Below, in pieces: positions 47,388-56,109 of a stretch of 64,000 nt of DNA. The stretch is taken from positions 72,983 through 136,982 of the forward strand of contig CAZAOT010000003.1 in the NCBI GenBank assembly GCA_964487045.1, written 5' to 3'. The DNA is from an uncultured Candidatus Saccharibacteria bacterium. Its GTDB lineage: Bacteria > Patescibacteriota > UBA1384 > DTJR01. A program made the translations under genes and the position numbers. Each line of letters begins with the position of its first letter. The first letter of the stretch is position 1. Under the pieces are notes generated by a model that saw nothing but the letters and a program-made list of their open reading frames with translations, was not told the DNA's origin and searched no databases.

Positions 47388-48710
47388 TTGCGTAAAGGCA
47401 AAACAAGAGTTCTCTTTCTAGCTTTGGTTGGGGTTGTTGTTTTAGTAAGTCTTTTTGCAATTTTTAGGAAGCAGATCTTTGCTGACACCATCACGATGCC
47501 AAGCTGGATTGATAGCGCCACGGTAACTAAATATAATACCTGGACTGCAGGCCAGAAACTTTCTTTTGACAGATGTGCGTCGAATGGTGTTAATACTAAA
47601 TCCACCCTTACTCCTCAGGAGATCAATCAGTTCGGTTCGAGTTCGGTAGCTTTTAATATTAGACCAATCGTAAATGTATCTTCGAGTAGTCCTTACTGGC
47701 CATGGTATCAGAGTAGCTATAGGTTAATTGTCACACCTCTAAAATACGATCTTCAAGCCGATGGATCACGAACTCTGAAAATGAGGCTAACGCTTGGTAA
47801 TCCTGGCACTAGTCCTGTGATTGTTGCTAATCCAGAAGCTCGCTATTATTTCTGGTCTTTTAGCAACTCAGTTCCAAAAGTTGGCAATGTAATATTTACA
47901 AGGGGAGTTGATTATACCTATACATTGTTGCCTGGCGAATATGTGAGTCAAGATACGCTTGAACTCAGCGGAGTAAAGGATCCGGCTTACTGGGGAATCG
48001 AGTTCTCGAATATGAAATATACCTTATCTGGAACGACGCCAAATTTTGAGCAGCCAATTTGGGATCCAGTGGCGCAAAAAACTGATGCTACGCTTAGTTG
48101 TATAATCAATCCTCTTCCCTTAGCAGGGTTGGTTCCAGGCTCAATTCCGTCAGTAACTCCTTCGACAGAAGTTCCTGGTAGTAGAGCGGTTACCTTTAGA
48201 AGAGGATTTTCGACTTTTGGTAATAGTGGAATGACGAACGGCACAATGTTTAAAGACGCTGGATTATTTCTCTATGCTTTTGATGGACCAACTAATTCTT
48301 GGAAAATTTATCCTGGGGGACCGGAGATAAATACTGATTTAAAAAAAGGCTATTACGTTTATAATCCTAGTGCTGAGAAAACTATTAGGTTCGGTTTCGG
48401 TAATCCTACAGTGACTACTTTTGAGCTCACCAAGGGTTGGAATATGCTTTGGACTGCGATGGACAAAAGATTAAGCGATTTAAATTTATTTTATAACGGT
48501 CAGACTTTGTCCGCTCAAGATATGATTAATCTAAGGACGATTAGCAATAACATATTTATCATTCAGGATGATACTGCCACTACGGCTTGTACCTACTTTA
48601 AACTTCTGTCTAATACCGATACTCAAGCGACATGCTCTGGTGGATCTGCAGGACTCGGAAGTTCTAGCAAGATTCCAGGTGGTAAAGCATTCTGGATTTA
48701 TGTCAATTAA
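47388..48710 (+). CDS. Anchored/secreted protein, paralog 1 of a tandem pair, unknown family
   Basis: N-terminal TM; conserved PSWIDSAT..KSTLT N-module and LTKGWNML..C..YFKLL..C..KAFW C-module shared with 48787..50217. Confidence 0.5.
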   Translation: MRKGKTRVLFLALVGVVVLVSLFAIFRKQIFADTITMPSWIDSATVTKYNTWTAGQKLSFDRCASNGVNTKSTLTPQEINQFGSSSVAFNIRPIVNVSSSSPYWPWYQSSYRLIVTPLKYDLQADGSRTLKMRLTLGNPGTSPVIVANPEARYYFWSFSNSVPKVGNVIFTRGVDYTYTLLPGEYVSQDTLELSGVKDPAYWGIEFSNMKYTLSGTTPNFEQPIWDPVAQKTDATLSCIINPLPLAGLVPGSIPSVTPSTEVPGSRAVTFRRGFSTFGNSGMTNGTMFKDAGLFLYAFDGPTNSWKIYPGGPEINTDLKKGYYVYNPSAEKTIRFGFGNPTVTTFELTKGWNMLWTAMDKRLSDLNLFYNGQTLSAQDMINLRTISNNIFIIQDDTATTACTYFKLLSNTDTQATCSGGSAGLGSSSKIPGGKAFWIYVN

Positions 48711-48786
48711 TTTTTTTAAATTGTTTTTGATTGTTAAAAAAGTAAAATTGTAATAGTAGTTTGATTACTTATCATTAGGAGGATGT

Positions 48787-50217
48787 GTGAAGACAAAAAA
48801 TAACCAAAAGCTTAAATTAATAGTATTTTTGGTGCTAGTTATTGGTCTTGCAGCACTTGCAGGTTTCTATATATATAAAAGGACGGTATCTGCTGATACT
48901 ACTCTTCCTTCTTGGATAGATTCGGCTACAGCTACTAAATATAATAGCGTTTGGTCGACTGCTCAGAAACAGCAGTTTCTTGGTTGTATGTCGAATGGTT
49001 ATACTACCAAAAGCACTTTGACTGCCGCCGAACAGTCGCAGTTTGGTGCAAATTCGGTAGTATTTGAGGGTCAGGCAGCTCCTCCAAATGACCCTGCTTA
49101 TCAGATACCATTCTATCAAAGTAAATATCGAATAGTTGTAACTCCCCAAATGTATACAACTAATAATGGATCTACGAGTGCTAAATTTAAATTTAATGTT
49201 TCTAATCCTACTTCAAGCACCTACCCAATGAGAAAGACTTCGATCAGGTTAAGCTTTTGGCATGTCGAGCAATTCGACTATTATGTCGATGGAGTCACTC
49301 CGCATTATTGGGCTGCCGATCAGGTATTATATTTCCCGAATCAGGACAATCAATCATCGCTTGCGCCTGGCCAACAGATGACAATTGAATCAAACGTCTT
49401 AAATATGACTAATGAAAGTTTTTATACCGTTAGCTTTGCTACAGAGATGTATGGTGTTAATACCTCAACCGGGGCAATTACATGGACCGGAGGGGGAACG
49501 GCAAGCTCGGTAAATTGTATAGTAAACCCAATTCCTATTGCATCGCTTAGGACTATGGCTTTTGCCTCTGTCACGCCGACTCAAACTACAACAAGCACCG
49601 CCACTTCCACGGTGACAGCAAGTGCAACTAGGACGGTTGCGCCTCCAACTGTAACGCCAACTCCTTCGGTCACATCAACTACCGCGGGACCGGGAGACTC
49701 TACTTATAATTTTCCTCGTGGTTTTAGTGTATTTGGAGCTACAGCTAATTTCCCATCAAGTCGGTTTGCTGATAATGGGTTATATGTCTACAAGTTTGAT
49801 GGTGTCTCGAACAGCTGGGTATATTGGCCGGGTATGACTCAATTTAATTTAGAAACAGGCAAGGGTTATTATGCCTATGCTGCTTCAGCGAAGTCCGCAA
49901 GCCTTCCTCTAGCCGCTGTTCCTACGGGTACGTATTCGCTGACAAAGGGTTGGAATATGCTTTATAACATTGGGGATAAATCGCTTAGTTCATTGCAGCT
50001 TAGCTATAACGGGGTAACCAAGTCAGCCCAGGAGATGATAAATAGTGGCACGATCCATTCAAGAGTTTTTATTATTGATAACGATCAAGCTACTCAGGCT
50101 TGCAGCTACTTTAAGCTACTTGGGTCAACTAACTCTGTTGCTAATTGTAGCTCAAACACTTTAGCGGTAACGGCTACTTTAAATTCCGCCAAGGCCTTCT
50201 GGGTTTACGTATTCTGA
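48787..50217 (+). CDS. Anchored/secreted protein, paralog 2, with a Thr/Ser/Pro-rich insert (TPTQTTTSTATSTVTASATRTVAPPTVTPTPSVTSTT)
   Basis: As above. Confidence 0.5.
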   Translation: MKTKNNQKLKLIVFLVLVIGLAALAGFYIYKRTVSADTTLPSWIDSATATKYNSVWSTAQKQQFLGCMSNGYTTKSTLTAAEQSQFGANSVVFEGQAAPPNDPAYQIPFYQSKYRIVVTPQMYTTNNGSTSAKFKFNVSNPTSSTYPMRKTSIRLSFWHVEQFDYYVDGVTPHYWAADQVLYFPNQDNQSSLAPGQQMTIESNVLNMTNESFYTVSFATEMYGVNTSTGAITWTGGGTASSVNCIVNPIPIASLRTMAFASVTPTQTTTSTATSTVTASATRTVAPPTVTPTPSVTSTTAGPGDSTYNFPRGFSVFGATANFPSSRFADNGLYVYKFDGVSNSWVYWPGMTQFNLETGKGYYAYAASAKSASLPLAAVPTGTYSLTKGWNMLYNIGDKSLSSLQLSYNGVTKSAQEMINSGTIHSRVFIIDNDQATQACSYFKLLGSTNSVANCSSNTLAVTATLNSAKAFWVYVF

Positions 50218-50259
50218 TCTATAGGTTGATAATTGTCAGTTTTGAGCTAAAATCTTTTC

Positions 50260-52026
50260 GTGGCTAAGAAAAAGAAGAAAACTACAAGGCAGCGCTCACC
50301 CTTATTGACACCAAGGGTTCGGCTATTGGTTATCTATGCGGTAATTGGTGTAATTTTTTTATCTTTAGCTGTCTGGCTAACCTGGCCTCTTAGTAAGTTC
50401 ATTAATTCTGCTATCATCTCCCAACCCGACTTTACTGACGGACCGTTTTTTATTTGGAATCTGTGGTGGGTGAAAAAAGCGATTTTGAATCTATCAAATC
50501 CATTCTTTAGTGATTTTGTATATTTTCCCTCGCGATCTAATCTTGCTCTTCATACCCTTACATTTACTTCAGGGATAATCTATTTGCCACTTAGTCTTTT
50601 TTTCAGGCCTCTTACTTCGTTGAATATAATTCAGCTCTTGTCTTTTATAGCGAGTGGGCTAGGGATTGTTTTATTTTCGAGTTATCTAACTAAACCAAAA
50701 TCAATATTGGAATATTTAAGCCTAGTGCCAGGGGCCATTATTTTCGCTTTCTCCCCTTTCGTTTTTTCTCACCTTCTGGCGGGACACTATAACTTAAGTA
50801 TGATTTGGCCGATTCCATTTGTCGCATATTTCTTGATAAGGACACTAGATGAGAAAAAATATACGCCGGCAATAGGCTTAGGGATATTTGCTTCAGCTCT
50901 CGCCTATCTTGACTTGCAACTGATATTCTTTGCTGGCATTGTATGTCTGCCGATTTTTTTCTCACACATGATTTTTAAGTGGAGAGAATTTTTTACCAAG
51001 CAATCGGTGCTCAGTTTGGCTCTAGCTGTTTTAGTTTTTGCAATTATTTTTGCTCTTCCATATGGATATCTGATGAGCGAATTCTGGGGGACGAAAGATG
51101 CATTTTCTACATATAATAATGGCGATATAAAGATTTTATTTGGTTTTAATCCACTAAATCCACTATTTAAATATCAAAATTACAAACTTCTTCTTTCATT
51201 GATTGGATCATATCGCGAAAACACAATTTCAATCGGTTTTACTGGTCTATTTGTAACTTTAGGAGGGTTTGCGTTGTTTGCGCGGCAACATTGGAAACAG
51301 AAATTTATTTATTTTTTCGTTCTTATCGTTGGAATAGCTTTATCGCTTGGCCCCAACCTTCAATATAACAATCATGTTTATGAGCATATTAGATTGCCCT
51401 ATTATTATCTTCAAAATCTACCATTCTTTAATCTAGGTTTAGTGCCGAGCCGATTTATTTTAATCGCTTATTTTGCTCTAGCTGTGCTTGTGAGTTTGAG
51501 CATGTTCTCTGTCGTAAGATTTTTTCAAAACAAAAAATTGTTTATTCCGGCCATCTGCTTACTTGTGATTGTTCCAATGTTTATTTTAGTCGAAAATTAT
51601 TCTGGCAAAATGATGATTGATCCACTTTATGATATCAAGCAGGTTCAAGAAATTGCACGAGAGGAAGGCGATTTTACTATCTTGCCTTATGAAGCCGGTC
51701 AAAGAGACGCGTATATTCAGGTTCTGCATCAAAAGAAAGTAGTGACGGGATTCTTGGGTAGGAGGATACATGATTATTATATGTCCAAGTATGGTAGCGT
51801 TTATCCAATAAACAAATTTTCTAGAGGACTCGCAGATGAGCTTAATCAATCTGACACTAAGCAATCAGTTGTTTCGGTATTCAGCGAATACAAGATAAGG
51901 TATATAGTTATTGAGAAAAATTTTAAGGATGATCAAGAGCTTGCGAAATTGAGGAGCTATTTAAAAAATATTCAGGCAGATTTGACTTATGAATCTAGCC
52001 AAGTGATGATTTACAAGGTTAATTAA
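50260..52026 (+). CDS. Large polytopic membrane protein with C-terminal soluble domain, possibly GT-C-fold glycosyltransferase-like
   Basis: More than 10 predicted TM helices by eye; no firm motif. Confidence 0.3.
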   Translation: MAKKKKKTTRQRSPLLTPRVRLLVIYAVIGVIFLSLAVWLTWPLSKFINSAIISQPDFTDGPFFIWNLWWVKKAILNLSNPFFSDFVYFPSRSNLALHTLTFTSGIIYLPLSLFFRPLTSLNIIQLLSFIASGLGIVLFSSYLTKPKSILEYLSLVPGAIIFAFSPFVFSHLLAGHYNLSMIWPIPFVAYFLIRTLDEKKYTPAIGLGIFASALAYLDLQLIFFAGIVCLPIFFSHMIFKWREFFTKQSVLSLALAVLVFAIIFALPYGYLMSEFWGTKDAFSTYNNGDIKILFGFNPLNPLFKYQNYKLLLSLIGSYRENTISIGFTGLFVTLGGFALFARQHWKQKFIYFFVLIVGIALSLGPNLQYNNHVYEHIRLPYYYLQNLPFFNLGLVPSRFILIAYFALAVLVSLSMFSVVRFFQNKKLFIPAICLLVIVPMFILVENYSGKMMIDPLYDIKQVQEIAREEGDFTILPYEAGQRDAYIQVLHQKKVVTGFLGRRIHDYYMSKYGSVYPINKFSRGLADELNQSDTKQSVVSVFSEYKIRYIVIEKNFKDDQELAKLRSYLKNIQADLTYESSQVMIYKVN

Positions 52027-52064
52027 AATTTGTAAATTGTAAATTAAGAGAATATATTGAATCA

Positions 52065-52928
52065 ATGAGCCATAAGTATTTGATTGGAGCTAGTTTAGGA
52101 TACTCTGGAATTGAAGCGATCACTTCCGATCAAAATTTTAATATACTGGAAAAGAAGTCCAATCCTTTCCCGGGCAAGTTAGGCAAGGATACAATAGTCG
52201 CAAAATTATCTAAAACCATTACTTCGCTTGCTGAATATCACAACTCTTTTGCGGTAGGGATAAGTTTGCCTGCGGTTTTCGATCAAAGTAATAAAAAAAT
52301 CATTTCTTCTCAAATCGAAGGACTTGAAGGTGTGGATATTTATAGTCTGCTCTCGCGAAAAATTGATAAGCCAATTTTTTTCTTCCGAAGAAACTTCTCG
52401 ATTATGCTTTCTGAGCAAGCTTTTGGCGCGGCTAAAGATCTTAAAAACGCAGTATTGGTTGAAATTGGTAGAGATATCTCATGCGCGCTTCTCATCGGCG
52501 GGAAGATCTACAAAGGATCAAATAACGCCGCTGGACTAATTGACGAAACAATAGTCGATATTACTAGGGAAAAGAGGAATGAAGGAGGGACATTCTCAAG
52601 TTTAATTTCCGGTGAGGGTATTGAATCATTAACCGGAAAATCTGTGTATGAAATTCTAAAAGATTCCAAGGACTCAAACTTAGTTAGCAAACAGATAATC
52701 AGAGACCTCAAAGAAACATTACTTACTGGTTTTATTAATGCTAAGCTTTTGCTGGACCCCGAAGCTTTTATAGTAAGTGGGGAAATATTACAAAATTACG
52801 CTTTATTTGAAGCCGCTTTTAAAGACCTTGGAGTAGAGGTAAAAAAAGGAGAAATTGGCTCATCGGCCCCGGCACTTGGTGGGGCAATTGCCCTGTATAA
52901 TAAAGTAAATAAGAAGGACGTTAAATGA
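52065..52928 (+). CDS. ROK/sugar-kinase-like protein (weak)
   Basis: Gly-rich N-terminus and an ALLIGGKIYKGSNNAAG region reminiscent of ROK. Confidence 0.35.
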   Translation: MSHKYLIGASLGYSGIEAITSDQNFNILEKKSNPFPGKLGKDTIVAKLSKTITSLAEYHNSFAVGISLPAVFDQSNKKIISSQIEGLEGVDIYSLLSRKIDKPIFFFRRNFSIMLSEQAFGAAKDLKNAVLVEIGRDISCALLIGGKIYKGSNNAAGLIDETIVDITREKRNEGGTFSSLISGEGIESLTGKSVYEILKDSKDSNLVSKQIIRDLKETLLTGFINAKLLLDPEAFIVSGEILQNYALFEAAFKDLGVEVKKGEIGSSAPALGGAIALYNKVNKKDVK

Positions 52929-53485
52929 TTGGATACGTTAAAGGAAAGATCATAGCTAAAAGCAGCAACTCATTAATACTAGAGAACCAGGGATTGGGTT
53001 ATAAAATAAACACTGGCAATTTTCCCAAGGGCGAGATCGGTCAAGAGGCGGAATTTTATTGTTATCACTATGTCAGAGAAGACATAAATGATTTATTCGG
53101 TTTTCAAAATTATGAATCGCTCGAATTCTTTGAGCTTTTACTAAGTGTTTCAGGAGTTGGGCCAAAGGTTGCACAAACGATACTTAATAATTTATCTAAA
53201 CAGAAAATAATTCAGGCAATCGATACTAATGATCTGAATTTATTTAAAAGTATTCCCGGAATTGGCACTAAAGTAGCCGCTAAAATCATAGTCGAACTCA
53301 AAAGTAAGCTTAGTAAGAATGATATAGATCTCAATTCGATTGAAAATGACGAGACGGTTGATGCTCTTTTGGCTCTTGGACTTAAAAAAGCAGAAATTCT
53401 TCCCGCTCTTAAAAATATACCACCAGATATGGATAGCGTTCAGGAAAAAGTTAAATTCGTTCTCAAGAATGTCTCCAAATCCTGA
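52925..53485 (+). CDS. ruvA: Holliday-junction branch-migration protein RuvA
   Basis: MIGYVKGKI start, HhH motifs GVGPKVAQ / IPGIGTKVAAKII. Confidence 0.8.
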   Translation: MIGYVKGKIIAKSSNSLILENQGLGYKINTGNFPKGEIGQEAEFYCYHYVREDINDLFGFQNYESLEFFELLLSVSGVGPKVAQTILNNLSKQKIIQAIDTNDLNLFKSIPGIGTKVAAKIIVELKSKLSKNDIDLNSIENDETVDALLALGLKKAEILPALKNIPPDMDSVQEKVKFVLKNVSKS

Positions 53486-55463
53486 AATAGAGTTAAAAAA
53501 TATTTCTGGAATTGGACCTAAGTATCAACTAGCCTTAAATAAACTCGGTATTTTTAGCGTGCATGATTTGATCTATTTTTTGCCAAAAAGAATAATTGAT
53601 CTTACGAATATAACCCCAATTGATAAAGTTAAATCTTTAGTTGACAAAGAAGTGGTGATCGAGGCTAGGGTTAGAAGTGTTAACGTCGTTAGAACTAAAA
53701 TTAAAAAGATGTGGGTTGTCGAAGCGATTCTGGAAGATGAATCCTCGGCGATCCAGGCGATTTGGTTTAATCAGCCATATCTTTTTAAATTCCTCAAGCA
53801 AAATAAAGACTTAAAGATCTATAAAGCAACTGTTAATCTCTCTAGCAAGAAAATATTTTTAAATAATCCGGAAATTTATCCTAAAAAAGGTCTCTATCCA
53901 ATATATAGACAGACTAAGAATTTATCTTCCAGGATTATTAGCAGAATAATCAATAAAATTTTAATCGAAAGTCTTTTGAAAAAAGATCTCTTGCCAGCAC
54001 CTGTTCGCAAAAAAAATAATTTGCCAATATTGTTTGATGCTGCGAAACTCGTACACTTTCCTGGCAGTATTGCTGATTATAAATTAGGAAAATATCGTTT
54101 TTTGTTTGAAGAATTATTTCTGTTTATGTTAGTTAATCTAAAAATTAAGACAGAATTTGATAGCCAAAAGTCCCCAGTAATTAAAAGCTCTGGAGAGCTA
54201 AAAAAACTTTCTGAAAAACTTCCATTTAAACTTACTCAAGATCAAAATGAAACACTAGCAGATATTCTGGAAGATTTTAAGAAGAAACGTCCAATGAATA
54301 GAATAATTCAGGGAGATGTGGGCTCTGGGAAAACGGTGGTTGCGTTTTTGGCGGCGCTAGAGGCTGTATTGTCTGGTTTTCAAGTTGCGGTTCTGGCTCC
54401 TACTGAAATATTGGCGATGCAACACTTTGAAACGTTTCAATCTTTGGCTACAGGTCTTAATTTCAAAATTAATCTAAGTCTAGTTACATCCAAAACAAAA
54501 AAGATAGCCAGTAATGAAAATATAATTATAGGTACTCACTCGCTTTTTAATTATAAATTCAAAAATCTTGGTCTAATCATTATTGACGAACAGCAGCGAT
54601 TTGGGGTCGAGCAGCGTTCCCTATTGCTCGAGTCACATGGTTATATGCCACATTATTTAAGTTTGTCCGCTACGCCAATTCCAAGAACACTTGCCCACGT
54701 AGTTTTTGCTAATTGTGATTTGTCGGTAATTAAGGAAAAACCTAAGGGCCGCCAGAAAGTAGATAGTTTCTTGATTCCGGAAAACAAGAGGCAATCAGCG
54801 TACGAATTTGTAGATAAATTGTTAGCAAGGGGCCAACAAGCTTTTGTTATCTGTCCTTTAATTGTCGCTGACGGTCTATACGACGATAAGAAATCTGTGG
54901 AGTCAGAGATGCGTAATATTAAGAAGTCTATTCTCGGAAAAAGAAGGATCGCTTCGCTGCACGGCAAGATGAAAATAAAAGACAAGGAAAAAGTTATCCT
55001 AGACTTTAGACGAGGAGAAATAGATATATTGGTTTCCACGAGTGTAGTTGAGGTTGGAGTAGATATTCCAAAGGCTACTGCAATGATAATCGAAGATGCT
55101 CAAATGTTTGGACTTTCTCAACTCCATCAATTTAGAGGGAGGGTGGGTAGGTCGGATTTGAAGTCATATTGTTTTTTATTTGCAAAAATTGAAAATGAAA
55201 TTACCAAAAAACGCTTAAAAGCTTTTATCCAAAATGATGATGGATTCGAGCTATCAAGCTATGATTTAAAGCTAAGGGGTCCTGGATCAATGTTTGATAT
55301 AAGTCAATCAGGATTTTCAAATATTAATCCTTTATGGTTTGAGAATTCTAAATTACTTGATGAGTGCTCTAGGTCAGCCAAGGAAGTTTTAGATGAACTT
55401 GATAAATATCCTAATCTTAAAGAAGAAATTAATTCTAAAATATCAGTTACGCATCTTGACTAA
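53469..55463 (+). CDS. recG: ATP-dependent DNA helicase RecG (start at MSPNPE; the track ORF extends upstream in another register)
   Basis: GDVGSGKT, DEQQRFGV, wedge/HhH N-terminus, 665 aa. Confidence 0.8.
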   Translation: MSPNPEIELKNISGIGPKYQLALNKLGIFSVHDLIYFLPKRIIDLTNITPIDKVKSLVDKEVVIEARVRSVNVVRTKIKKMWVVEAILEDESSAIQAIWFNQPYLFKFLKQNKDLKIYKATVNLSSKKIFLNNPEIYPKKGLYPIYRQTKNLSSRIISRIINKILIESLLKKDLLPAPVRKKNNLPILFDAAKLVHFPGSIADYKLGKYRFLFEELFLFMLVNLKIKTEFDSQKSPVIKSSGELKKLSEKLPFKLTQDQNETLADILEDFKKKRPMNRIIQGDVGSGKTVVAFLAALEAVLSGFQVAVLAPTEILAMQHFETFQSLATGLNFKINLSLVTSKTKKIASNENIIIGTHSLFNYKFKNLGLIIIDEQQRFGVEQRSLLLESHGYMPHYLSLSATPIPRTLAHVVFANCDLSVIKEKPKGRQKVDSFLIPENKRQSAYEFVDKLLARGQQAFVICPLIVADGLYDDKKSVESEMRNIKKSILGKRRIASLHGKMKIKDKEKVILDFRRGEIDILVSTSVVEVGVDIPKATAMIIEDAQMFGLSQLHQFRGRVGRSDLKSYCFLFAKIENEITKKRLKAFIQNDDGFELSSYDLKLRGPGSMFDISQSGFSNINPLWFENSKLLDECSRSAKEVLDELDKYPNLKEEINSKISVTHLD

Positions 55464-55501
55464 CTTGAAACTAAGTAAGATTAGGCACATAATTTTAATA
55501 A

Positions 55502-55996
55502 ATGAGGTCTTCAAAAAAAGTAGGATCTGAGTTATCGAGAGTAAAACTTTATCTTTTAATTTTTCTTGGTCTAGCCATTATGTTTGGTAGTGGAATATTA
55601 TTTTGGCAGATTCAGAAACAGAACTCAGCTTCTTCGAATACCGAGAATTTAGCGTTAAAAAATCAAATAGATGATCTAAATAAAAGGATCGACGAGTTAA
55701 ATAAAACCATTTTAGAAGCAAAAAATGCTTCACCGATAGTGGAGACTCGCTCTTACACAAAATCTTCTGGTCAGGTAGCTGGCGAACAATCGAGTAGGGT
55801 TAATGGAAAAATAAATATAAATTCTGCCAGTAGCTCTGAGCTTGACTCCCTGCCTGGAATAGGCGCTTCTTATGCTGCGCGAATTATCGAATATCGTGAA
55901 TCAAATGGCGGATTTAAGTCAATTGATGAGATAAAAAATATTAAAGGTATCGGGGATAAGACTTTTGATAAATTAAAAGATCTAATTAGCGTTTGA
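55502..55996 (+). CDS. comEA: ComEA-like DNA receptor (TM plus tandem helix-hairpin-helix)
   Basis: ININSASSSELDSLPGIGASYAARIIEYRESNGGFKSIDEIKNIKGIG. Confidence 0.7.
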   Translation: MRSSKKVGSELSRVKLYLLIFLGLAIMFGSGILFWQIQKQNSASSNTENLALKNQIDDLNKRIDELNKTILEAKNASPIVETRSYTKSSGQVAGEQSSRVNGKININSASSSELDSLPGIGASYAARIIEYRESNGGFKSIDEIKNIKGIGDKTFDKLKDLISV

Positions 55997-56109
55997 TAGT
56001 GCCTTGGGGCTATAGCTAGAATGCCTTCTTTGATTTATAATGTGATAGTGATAAGTAAGGAGGGAAAATTAGAAATAATTTTCTAGTTATTGTATTAGGT
56101 CTATCTTTT

